From Candidatus Woykebacteria bacterium (GTDB taxonomy: Bacteria > Patescibacteriota > Microgenomatia > Woykebacterales > RBG-16-39-9b), in NCBI GenBank assembly GCA_040876345.1, contig JBBDPM010000006.1:70803-134802 (forward strand): a stretch of DNA of 64,000 nt. Reading direction: 5' to 3'. Shown here piece by piece: positions 18,590 to 27,363 of this stretch (position 1 is its first letter; the number at the start of each line of letters is the position of its first letter). A model generated the notes under the pieces. The model saw nothing but the letters and a program-made list of their open reading frames with translations, did not search any database and had not been told where the DNA came from. The translations under genes were made by a program, and so were the position numbers.

Positions 18590-19152
18590 CCTAACCTCTT
18601 ATACATATGAACTTCGTCTAGCATTCCACCCCGGTATTCTATTGATTCAGGCAGACGGCCAAACTCGGTGTAACCCAGTTTTTTATAAAGAGCTAGTCCT
18701 GCCTTGTTCTCTCCAAAAACAATTAGATCGACTATCTTAATATCAAGAGTCTTTTTAGCTTCTTGTTCTGCCTGGCGAATTAACTGCTCACCAACCCCTT
18801 CACCTCTAAAATCCCTATCAATACCAATGTGCAGTGTTCCCACAAAGTGCTTACGGTATTCTTTCTTGCTTATTTCTACTTGACCAACAAGCTGATTCTT
18901 AAAATAGGCTTGAATAAAAACTGAGTTTCCCTTCTTAATTTTTTCCAATATACATTTGAGCCAATTTTCTTCTTGCTCCTGGGTTACGGGGTCTCTGTCC
19001 CTGAGAATATAAGTATCATCTTCAATCAATCGATTGAAAAAACCGGTCATATTTCCAGCATCAGATTCCTGAGGAGGGCGAATAATAACCTTTTTACCTT
19101 TCTTAGTGATAAATTCTTGCACCTTTAGATTATACCAATATTTGCCCATCAA
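18586..19152 (-). CDS. GNAT family N-acetyltransferase
   Basis: QLVGQVEI...IDRDFRGEGVGEQLIRQAE...ENKAGLALYKKLGY (acetyl-CoA binding motifs A/B). Confidence 0.8.
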   Translation of the reverse strand: MMGKYWYNLKVQEFITKKGKKVIIRPPQESDAGNMTGFFNRLIEDDTYILRDRDPVTQEQEENWLKCILEKIKKGNSVFIQAYFKNQLVGQVEISKKEYRKHFVGTLHIGIDRDFRGEGVGEQLIRQAEQEAKKTLDIKIVDLIVFGENKAGLALYKKLGYTEFGRLPESIEYRGGMLDEVHMYKRLG

Positions 19153-19177
19153 GCTATCAGATGTTAAAATTCATCCC

Positions 19178-19831
19178 ATGAAACCACTTAATGTGGCGTT
19201 GATACATCAAGAAAGAGGCTCAGTCGATTGTGGTCTGGCAACAGTCAATATGGTTACAAAATACTGGGAGTTACCCCTGACTTTCAATGATATTCAAAAA
19301 CATTTGAAGGTAGATAAACTTGGTATTTATTGCCCCCAAATGGGGTCGTATCTTATACAACAAGGATTTGATGTTGCCTTAGTTCATTTCAATCCAGGAC
19401 TCTTCACTTTAAATGAGGTTGGAAAGAGCGAAAAAGAAATAAAAACTCATCTGCAAAACTTACTTAAGAAAAAAAGAAAGAGGGGTGATAAAAAGGTTAT
19501 TCGTTATTTTTTGAAATTTCTAAAAGATGGCGGAAAGATGGAAGTAAAAATCCCGACTGAGGAAGATATTAGAGGGGAGCTAAATAACAATAGACCGGTG
19601 ATTGCTGTACTAACTTCAAATTTTTTAACAGCTTCCGTACCACGCTTTAATTTCCATTTTAATGTTATTACTGGAATTGATGATTAATATATCTATGCTA
19701 ACGACCCACTCTGGGATGAAAGGGGAGGGAAGCAGGAGTATAAAATCTCCGATTTTCTATTTGGAATGTATGCTTCCGGCGCCGGTGGTCTAGACAACCC
19801 TTCTCTAATTAAAATTAATAAGAAAGGATGA
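19178..19831 (+). pseudogene. C39-like (papain-fold) peptidase domain protein with in-frame TAA at 19685-19687
   Basis: SVDCGLATVNMVTKYW (Cys box) ...NFHFNVITGIDD-[TAA]-YIYANDPLWDERGG... Homology continues in the same frame for 47 codons after the stop, up to TGA 19829-19831. Confidence 0.55.
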
Positions 19832-19853
19832 CTGCTATAATTGTATTTATAAA

Positions 19854-20306
19854 ATGACACTAAAGAAACTCGTAGAAGACTATTTAAATGAAGCTAAAAT
19901 GATGCAACTAGCCACTGTAAGCGGAGACCAACCGTGGAGTTGCACCTTATATTATGTTGCAGATGAAAGCCTTAATCTTTATTGGATTAGTATGGAAAAC
20001 ACTAGACACAGCAAGGAAATTGGGCAACATGAAAAAGTTTCTGCATCCATACCAATTAAGTTTAAAGACCTAGTTGTGGTAGGAGTCCAAGCAGAAGGAG
20101 TTGCTGAGCTTGTCAAAAACACAGAGGAAATAAAGCGTATAATGAGTCTGTATACAAACAAATTCAACCGAGGTAAGGATTGGTATAAAAACTTCATCGA
20201 TGGGAAGAATGACCATAAACTTTATCGAATGAAACCAAGATCATTTGTAATTTATGACCGTGAAAATTTTCCAGATAACCCTAGAAGGGAGTTAGAACTA
20301 GCATGA
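19854..20306 (+). CDS. pyridoxamine 5'-phosphate oxidase-like FMN-binding (general stress protein 26-like)
   Basis: 150 aa; AKMMQLATVSGDQPWSCTLYYVAD...LYWIS pattern of PNPOx split-barrel. Confidence 0.55.
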   Translation: MTLKKLVEDYLNEAKMMQLATVSGDQPWSCTLYYVADESLNLYWISMENTRHSKEIGQHEKVSASIPIKFKDLVVVGVQAEGVAELVKNTEEIKRIMSLYTNKFNRGKDWYKNFIDGKNDHKLYRMKPRSFVIYDRENFPDNPRRELELA

Positions 20307-20980
20307 TAAAAAAAGCGATTGTTTTTGGACATTCGTCAGGACTGGGCAAGGCAATTACTGAATTGTTATTAAAAGAAGATTACGAAATACTTGGTATTGC
20401 TCGCACCAATCTTGAACATGATTCAAAAAATCTCACTAACTTAGTGGCTGATTTGGCTGATTCTAAGGAAGTCGAACGTATTGCCGAAACAATCAAAAAA
20501 CGTTTTGCGCAGTTCGCCGTTCTGATTTATTCCGCGGGAATCCTTTCTGCTCATGACATTGATTATTTGGACCCAAAAACACTTCAGCAAGTTTTTCGCG
20601 TTGACCTTTTCGCACCGATGATTATAGAATCACGTCTTCATAAACTAATTCGTTCCAATGGCGCTGATGTTGTTAACATCACCTCAAGTGCAATCGACGA
20701 CTACTATCCAAAATATGCCGAGTACACTCCCGCGAAAACTGCTTTTGCGAAATTTACTGATGATTTACGTCGCTCTTTGGAAAAAACCCCAGCCCGTGTG
20801 ATAGAAATTCGCCCCGCTGGCTTCGCAAGTAATATTTATGTTCAGATGATCGGTGATAAAGTAGATCGCGATGAGTCGCAAATGATACGGGCCGAGGATC
20901 TAGCCCGATTTATCCTGGATATTCTGAAGCTGCCAAAGCGAATCGAAGTCGGTCGTATCTTCATTAACCGCAAGCCATAA
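20303..20980 (+). CDS. short-chain dehydrogenase/reductase (SDR)
   Basis: AIVFGHSSGLGKA (TGxxxGxG-like), YTPAK (YxxxK). Confidence 0.7.
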   Translation: MIKKAIVFGHSSGLGKAITELLLKEDYEILGIARTNLEHDSKNLTNLVADLADSKEVERIAETIKKRFAQFAVLIYSAGILSAHDIDYLDPKTLQQVFRVDLFAPMIIESRLHKLIRSNGADVVNITSSAIDDYYPKYAEYTPAKTAFAKFTDDLRRSLEKTPARVIEIRPAGFASNIYVQMIGDKVDRDESQMIRAEDLARFILDILKLPKRIEVGRIFINRKP

Positions 20981-20994
20981 AACCATTTGAAAAT

Positions 20995-21678
20995 ATGTTC
21001 CAACAAAAAATAAAATTCAAAAATTCCTTGGGTTTAAATCTCTCAGCAATTTTTGAGGGGGAAAGTGAAAAAGATCCATTAGTGGTTCTTTGCCATGGGT
21101 ACAACAGCTCAAAAGATGGCATTTCAGCGGCTAGTTTATCTAAAAAGCTAATCGAAAACGGGTTGTCAGTTTTTAGATTTGATTTTACCGGTAATGGAAA
21201 GTCCGAGGGAAAATTATCTGATCTTACACCTCTACAGGGTTTAGACGACCTCCAATCTGCTGTTTCTCACCTTGGAGTAGAGCACTTTGGCCTTTGTGGC
21301 TCTAATTTTGGAGGCCACGTTGCCCTTATGTATGCTGCTAAAAACCCTGTTCTCGCTCTCGCTTTAAAAGCACCGGTATCCGACTATCTTTGGGTGATAG
21401 GCAAAGAGGAGCCAAGTGGGCGAAGACAAAGATTTATCAAAGTTCTTGAAGGACTCGATATTTACAAGGAAGCCAAAAAGATTAAAGCGCCAGTGCTAAT
21501 AGTTCATGGAGATAAGGACGATGTAGTGCCAGTTGAACAAAGCAAAAAACTTTTCGATTACTTAGGAGGAGAGAAACAACTTGAAATAATCAAGGGCGCC
21601 TCCCACCAATTCCGTGATGACTACTTGGAAAAAGTAAACAACCTAATTGCTGATTTTTTTGAAGAACGGCTAAAGTAA
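20995..21678 (+). CDS. alpha/beta hydrolase (esterase/dienelactone hydrolase-like)
   Basis: LCGSNFGGHVA nucleophile region, VLIVHGDKDDVVP. Confidence 0.65.
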   Translation: MFQQKIKFKNSLGLNLSAIFEGESEKDPLVVLCHGYNSSKDGISAASLSKKLIENGLSVFRFDFTGNGKSEGKLSDLTPLQGLDDLQSAVSHLGVEHFGLCGSNFGGHVALMYAAKNPVLALALKAPVSDYLWVIGKEEPSGRRQRFIKVLEGLDIYKEAKKIKAPVLIVHGDKDDVVPVEQSKKLFDYLGGEKQLEIIKGASHQFRDDYLEKVNNLIADFFEERLK

Positions 21679-21805
21679 TCGCATCCCACTTTGACAAACT
21701 AACACCTTTACACCATTTAACTAGTTAGATGAACTACTAACCCTTTTTTTAATTACCAAGGTGGTCGCATATTGGGTGGAGGGTGGTAGGTTCCCAACCA
21801 CCCTC

Positions 21806-22694
21806 CTAGACAACGACGTTCGCTCCCACCCAAGCAGACCAGACTACTAGAGATAGGAACAGGACGTACTTCAAGTTCGTGGCGTGAGACACAGCCTCGT
21901 TTTGTCTTGCAACCCAGACCCGAAGACTCATAATGAGATACAAGACAACGAGTACAAGGAAGGCGATACTCCCCGAGTTGAAAAGGGTGAGACTGATCAG
22001 ACCGGCTATTAAGCTTGTCCCCAGCAGAGACAATGCTGAAATCTGGTAAGAGCGGGTCGCGCCAAACTCAATCGGGAGAGTCCTTTTTCCCAAGTCCCCA
22101 TCGAAGTCCATATCCGCTATGTCCTTCACGATTTCTCGTGAAAACAGAAGCAGTGAGAGCAGGACGCCGGCGAGGACGATGGTCACAAGCCGCTCGGCTG
22201 GTGGGTTCGTAACGATACCAGACGTCAGAGCAACGCTGCACAAGACACTGGTCAGTACGTTTCCCGCCAGACCCGATCTCCTCTTTACCGAGGAGTACGC
22301 GATCACTAATACCGCCACAATCGTGGCAACTGCGACTCCAACGATGCCCAGAAAGAAGGATAGAATGACCCCCCCCCACAATCATCACGTAGGCTTGGAT
22401 CTGGGCCTGACGAGTCGTGATCTCGCCCCTTACGATGGGACGATTTGGGTGGGCTTTTTTGTCGACTTCTAGGTCATAGACGTCATTGAGCGGGTAAACT
22501 GCTGTACCCACTAGTAACACCACCGCCACAGCTATGGCAAGCGACTCCCAGTCCACATTTCCTTCCTGAGCAGAGAGGAAGGAGAGGACGACGGCTGCTG
22601 CCAAAGCAAAGGCGGCCCACAATCGCAGAATACGAATGCGGGCAAGGATCGACTGAAAAGCCGCCCCTGCCAGCAGACTTTCCTGTTTGGCCAC
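21806..22694 (-). pseudogene. UbiA-family prenyltransferase split by frameshift in a G8 (coding strand) homopolymer at 22366-22373
   Basis: Upstream ORF has NDVYDLEVDKKAHPNRPIVRGEIT (first Asp-rich motif). Downstream ORF has DMDFDGDLGKRTLPIEFG (second motif). They join at VGGG; GC-rich. Confidence 0.65.
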
Positions 22695-22852
22695 GGCTCT
22701 ACTCCTTCCTTTGAAACTCTAATACTTACGCCCGGGTAAGTAATATTTGTTATGTTAGCAATGTCGTAGATAATAAGCAATTAAAAGTAGATTTAGGAAA
22801 ATTGGCTGTCTTTTTGTTGACCGGTTAAATTACAAAGAGTAGTATTGGCTCT

Positions 22853-24130
22853 ATGACAGATTCAAGGCCCTTGGCAGATAGAATGCGGCCGCAAACGCTG
22901 GCGGATTTTGTTGGCCAAGAACATCTTGTCGGAAGAGGGAAAATAATCTCTTCACTTTTGAGACAAGATAAAATTCCAAGCTTAATTTTTTGGGGCCCGC
23001 CAGGAAGTGGAAAAACTACTTTAGCCAAAATAATTGCTAATGAGACAAAAAGCGCTTTTGTCTTTTACTCTGCAGCTGAGGTTGGCGTCACCGAAATTAA
23101 AAAGGCTACTAAAGAGGCGGGAGAGAGGTTAGAAAACAGCGCTCAGAAGACCATACTCTGTATTGACGAGATTCACCGCTGGAACAAATCCCAACAAGCT
23201 TATCTCCTGCCACATGTGGAGGACGGGACTGTAATTTTAATCGGCGCCACTACTGAAAATCCATCTTTCGAGGTGATCGGCCCCTTACTATCTAGAAGTA
23301 AAGTGCTACTTCTAAACCGCCTTGAAGAAAAAGACATTAAAGAAATAGTCGAGGGAGCCCTGAAAAACAAAGAAAAAGGACTGGGCAAAGAGAAAATAAA
23401 AGTTGATAATGATGCGTCCCGAATTCTTCTTGAATCCTCCAATGGCGACGCTCGGGCCGCCCTTAACGCTTTGGAGATAGCAGCTGACCTTACCCACGCA
23501 AAGGACGGAGTGAAGTTGATAAATCGCGAAAAAGTGGCCCAAGCCTTTGGCTCCAAAAGGCTTCTTTTTGATAAAGCTGGGGAAGAACACTACAACACAA
23601 TATCGGCTTTTATAAAATCTATTCGGGGCTCCAGCCCCGATGGAGCAATTTATTATTTGGCCAGACTCCTGGAAGCGGGGGAGGATCCTGAGTTTATTGC
23701 CAGACGCATGGTAATTTCTGCTTCCGAAGACGTCGGCAATGCCGATCCTAAAGCTTTGCAGTTAACCGTAGCCGCTGCCCACGCTCTGCAATTTGTCGGT
23801 TTGCCAGAGGCCGCTTTAAACTTGGCCCAAGCAGCAACTTATCTAGCTAGTGCTCCAAAATCCAACGCTTCCTATCTAGCCATGAAAAAAGCCAAGGGGG
23901 ACGTAAGACACACCCTTAATGAGCCTGTGCCACTACATCTAAGAAATTCGGTAACACCTCTTATGGCCAAGGTTGGCTATGGAAAAGGCTACAAGTACGC
24001 CCATGATTTTGAAGGGGGTTGGGTGCCTCAAGAATTCCTACCGGAAAAACTGAAAGGAAGAAAATACTACGAGCCCAAAGAGATTGGGTATGAGAAATAT
24101 ATAAAAGAGCATTTGGAAAAGCTGCGCTAG
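22853..24130 (+). CDS. rarA: replication-associated recombination protein A (AAA+ ATPase)
   Basis: LIFWGPPGSGKTTLAKIIA, CIDEIHRWNK, full-length 425 aa. Confidence 0.85.
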   Translation: MTDSRPLADRMRPQTLADFVGQEHLVGRGKIISSLLRQDKIPSLIFWGPPGSGKTTLAKIIANETKSAFVFYSAAEVGVTEIKKATKEAGERLENSAQKTILCIDEIHRWNKSQQAYLLPHVEDGTVILIGATTENPSFEVIGPLLSRSKVLLLNRLEEKDIKEIVEGALKNKEKGLGKEKIKVDNDASRILLESSNGDARAALNALEIAADLTHAKDGVKLINREKVAQAFGSKRLLFDKAGEEHYNTISAFIKSIRGSSPDGAIYYLARLLEAGEDPEFIARRMVISASEDVGNADPKALQLTVAAAHALQFVGLPEAALNLAQAATYLASAPKSNASYLAMKKAKGDVRHTLNEPVPLHLRNSVTPLMAKVGYGKGYKYAHDFEGGWVPQEFLPEKLKGRKYYEPKEIGYEKYIKEHLEKLR

Positions 24131-24176
24131 TCTTTAGATATTGACAGACGATAATTTTTAAAGTAATTTTGAAGCA

Positions 24177-24563
24177 ATGTTTCTGCTCGTCTCTTGGATA
24201 ATTAACGCCATCGCCCTTTACGTAACGGTAGCACTTGTCCCCGGAATTGATGTGGACAAGACTTCGACTTTGATTCTTGCCGCCCTTGTTGTCGGTCTAG
24301 TAAACACTTTAATTAAACCAATCGTCCAAATCATTTCTTTACCAATAACAATTCTGACTTTTGGTATTTTTGCCCTAGTAGTAAATGCCGCCATGCTGGG
24401 GTTAGCCGCCGCTCTTGTACCTGGATTTGGTATTGATGGGTTTCTCTCTGCCTTTTTAGGAGCGATTGTCTTATCGATCATCAGCGCAATCCTGAATTCT
24501 TTCCTAAAATCAAACAAAGTTAATCATTCCGCGCCATACCCAAACCCAAGCTCAAACGAGTGA
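24177..24563 (+). CDS. DUF360 / phage_holin_4_2-family small membrane protein
   Basis: 128 aa, 4 TM, ...LVPGIDV...LVNTLIKPI...LVPGFGIDGFLSAFLGAIVLS. Confidence 0.55.
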   Translation: MFLLVSWIINAIALYVTVALVPGIDVDKTSTLILAALVVGLVNTLIKPIVQIISLPITILTFGIFALVVNAAMLGLAAALVPGFGIDGFLSAFLGAIVLSIISAILNSFLKSNKVNHSAPYPNPSSNE

Positions 24564-25436
24564 TTGACAAAGACTCCACCCTTTGTCATATTATTAATCT
24601 CCATGGGATCTTCTTTCTTAATAACACTGCGCGAAGGCGTTGAAGCTGCTTTAATAGTAGCCATTGTTCTTGCGTATCTTCGGACTATAAAAAGGACTGA
24701 TCAGTTTAAATTTGTTTATATAGGAGCTGTCCTTGGTGTTTTAGTTTCTTTGCTAGCGGCAGTAATAATATTTATATTCATTGGAGGCCTTGAAGGAAGA
24801 GCTGAACAAATTACTGAGGGGATAGTTAGTGTCGCCGCTGCCGGGGTATTAACATGGATGATATTTTGGATGAAAAAACAATCCCGAACAATCGGTCAGG
24901 ACTTGCGAAATAGAGTAGACAGAGCCTTAACAAGTGGGGTGGCCTTTGGAGTAACCTCGGTGGTTTTCGTTGGCGTGCTTCGCGAAGGAATAGAGACAAG
25001 CCTTTTTCTAGTGGCGGTTTTTCTCGGCAGTAATTTATTAACTTCTGGTCTCGGAGCAATGCTTGGACTTTTGGCCGCGGTCTTAATTGGCGTTGCTTTC
25101 TACACGGGAAGTAAAAAAATTAACATCAAACTTTTTTTCCAATTAACTGGGGCTTTTGTGATAATAGTAGCCGCCGGCCTTCTATCAAAGGGTGTCCATG
25201 AATTCCAAGAAGCCGGCCTAATTAATTTTTACTCCTGGACCGCTTGGGACTTAACTAGCCTTCCAATAATTGGGGAGGGACAAATTTCCGAGTTTATGAA
25301 AAGCCTTGTTGGCTGGACGCCAACCCCATCTGCTGGTCAAGCACTGGCTTGGACCGTGTATCTCACCACAACTACATTACTATTCTATTCAAGTAAAGAC
25401 TTTCTCCAAAGACTCTCTACCAACAAAGACAGGTGA
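24564..25436 (+). CDS. FTR1/EfeU-family iron permease
   Basis: Two REGxE motifs (LREGVEAAL, LREGIETSL), 7 TM; probable true start ATG 24606. Confidence 0.7.
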   Translation: MTKTPPFVILLISMGSSFLITLREGVEAALIVAIVLAYLRTIKRTDQFKFVYIGAVLGVLVSLLAAVIIFIFIGGLEGRAEQITEGIVSVAAAGVLTWMIFWMKKQSRTIGQDLRNRVDRALTSGVAFGVTSVVFVGVLREGIETSLFLVAVFLGSNLLTSGLGAMLGLLAAVLIGVAFYTGSKKINIKLFFQLTGAFVIIVAAGLLSKGVHEFQEAGLINFYSWTAWDLTSLPIIGEGQISEFMKSLVGWTPTPSAGQALAWTVYLTTTTLLFYSSKDFLQRLSTNKDR

Positions 25437-25463
25437 GATTAGTCAATCGGGGTTTATATAATC

Positions 25464-27326
25464 CTATTTACCGTTTGAATCAGGGGCGTGAGTAAGGCCA
25501 AGCTCTTTAAACTTATCAAACTCTGGCTCAATCTTTTCTCCTTTTACCGGTATGCTAAAACTAAAAGTACTGCCGACCCCAGGAGTTGACTCTACCCAGA
25601 TTTTTCCTTTATGCATCTCCACAATTGCCTTAGATATGTAAAGCCCAAGACCAGTGCCTTTAGATCCTTGTTCAAGAACACCTGAGACTCTAAAGAATTT
25701 GGTGAAAAGTTTGGGTAGGGCATCAGGTGGTATCCCTTCCCCAGTATCTTTAACATAGGTAACTACGTGATCTCCATCAAGACCGGAGGATACTTCAACG
25801 CTTCCACCGGCCTCAGTGTGAGTAAGGGCATTATCAATTAGATTGTACAAGACTTCACTAATTCTAAATTTGTCGACGTAAATTTTTGGTAATTTTTTTT
25901 CTGGGGTCTTAAAATATATATCGATCTCTCTTCCTTTAGCCCTGACGAGATAAGTGGTTACAATGCTTGAAACAAGTTCCTCCCAATCGACGGAGGATTT
26001 TTCAAGCTGCATTGCTCCTCTTTCAATCCGAGAAACTGACAAAAGATTTTCCACTAGAGCCTCAAGTTGATTAGATGAGATAAAGGCTTTATCTAAGAAA
26101 GAGCTCTGTTCTTCACTAATCTTGCCTTTTACCTCTTCCTGAAGTACCGAAAGATAGCCTCTAATTGAAGTGAGGGGGGTACGAAGTTCGTGGGCAGCGA
26201 TTGAGACAAAATCAAGTTTCATTTGTTCGAATTCTTCCTCTTTAGCTAAGTTCCGGGCTAAACCAACGATAGAGATAAGCCCACCAATATCCTTCAAAGA
26301 AACCCCTGAGAAACTGACAGGTACCGTTTTCCCTTCCTTAGTTTTAAACTTTGTTTTAAAATTTAAAACTAAGTCTTTTTCCCGCAAAGGCTTAAGTACA
26401 ACTTCCCTAAAATCGTTCCAAGTCTCATCATCTGGCATAATTCTTTGAATGTTTGCTCCAATAAGTTCATTCTTTTTCAGGCCGATTAGATCAATGGTGG
26501 CTTTATTAACTTGTTCAATTAATTGATTGGGCCGAATAACTAAAAGGGCTTCGGAGATAGTGTCGATAATTGTGCTGGCAGCAAGAGTAGGACTGACAAC
26601 AAATAAGCTGTAGCGAATTATTGTGTAGGTGACGCTAATAGTCATCGCCGTTGTCAGAATTATTGCAATTGGCACTATTTGAATTCCAAGGATTGGAAAA
26701 ATTGCATCGGTGAAAATTCCGCCAATAATAGGGATTAAAAAAGCACCCATTATAAAAAGAGCCTGTCTTCTTTTAATTAAGTCACTCGCACCTAAGTAAA
26801 ACCTTGTTAAAAGCACAACTGAGGCCGTTAAAAATAAAATAAATAAGAGAGTGAATACTTCAAAAAAGCTACCAAGAGGGGTAATACTCCATCCGTAATA
26901 AACTCGATGATGAGCCGAAATATCGTTATTTATTATAAGGTTAGTATTCCAAGAAAAAAACAATACTAGTATAAATGGGCCAAAGATAAGAAGTTGATTA
27001 AATCTATTTTTCAAAATATTTTCTTGCCCGACAAAATGTAAAGCAAAGCCGAAAAGCACCGGGGTAACTAAAATCCACCCCGGCCTGCCTACATAATCCC
27101 AAAAAAGTGAAGCGATTTGACTAGCACTGTTGCGATCTAAAAATTCTGAGATTCCCCAGATAATAAGAAGTATAAGAACTAAGATGAACCAATTAGTAGA
27201 TTCATTCTTTGGACCTTTTGCCCGAACTAAAACTAGGAGAAATAGGTTAATTATTACCGAAAGAAGAGAGGTTAGGGAAAACACGTTCCACTGAAAATCG
27301 AAAATTAGGGAAAGGTCAGTAAACAT
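25464..27326 (-). CDS. sensor histidine kinase (7TM N-terminal sensor, PAS, HisKA, HATPase_c)
   Basis: FVSIAAHELRTPLTSIRGYLSVLQEE (H-box), G-boxes GTGLGLYISKAIVEMH. Confidence 0.85.
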   Translation of the reverse strand: MFTDLSLIFDFQWNVFSLTSLLSVIINLFLLVLVRAKGPKNESTNWFILVLILLIIWGISEFLDRNSASQIASLFWDYVGRPGWILVTPVLFGFALHFVGQENILKNRFNQLLIFGPFILVLFFSWNTNLIINNDISAHHRVYYGWSITPLGSFFEVFTLLFILFLTASVVLLTRFYLGASDLIKRRQALFIMGAFLIPIIGGIFTDAIFPILGIQIVPIAIILTTAMTISVTYTIIRYSLFVVSPTLAASTIIDTISEALLVIRPNQLIEQVNKATIDLIGLKKNELIGANIQRIMPDDETWNDFREVVLKPLREKDLVLNFKTKFKTKEGKTVPVSFSGVSLKDIGGLISIVGLARNLAKEEEFEQMKLDFVSIAAHELRTPLTSIRGYLSVLQEEVKGKISEEQSSFLDKAFISSNQLEALVENLLSVSRIERGAMQLEKSSVDWEELVSSIVTTYLVRAKGREIDIYFKTPEKKLPKIYVDKFRISEVLYNLIDNALTHTEAGGSVEVSSGLDGDHVVTYVKDTGEGIPPDALPKLFTKFFRVSGVLEQGSKGTGLGLYISKAIVEMHKGKIWVESTPGVGSTFSFSIPVKGEKIEPEFDKFKELGLTHAPDSNGK

Positions 27327-27363
27327 TATCTAATTAAATGATATCAATTAATATACTTAAAAT

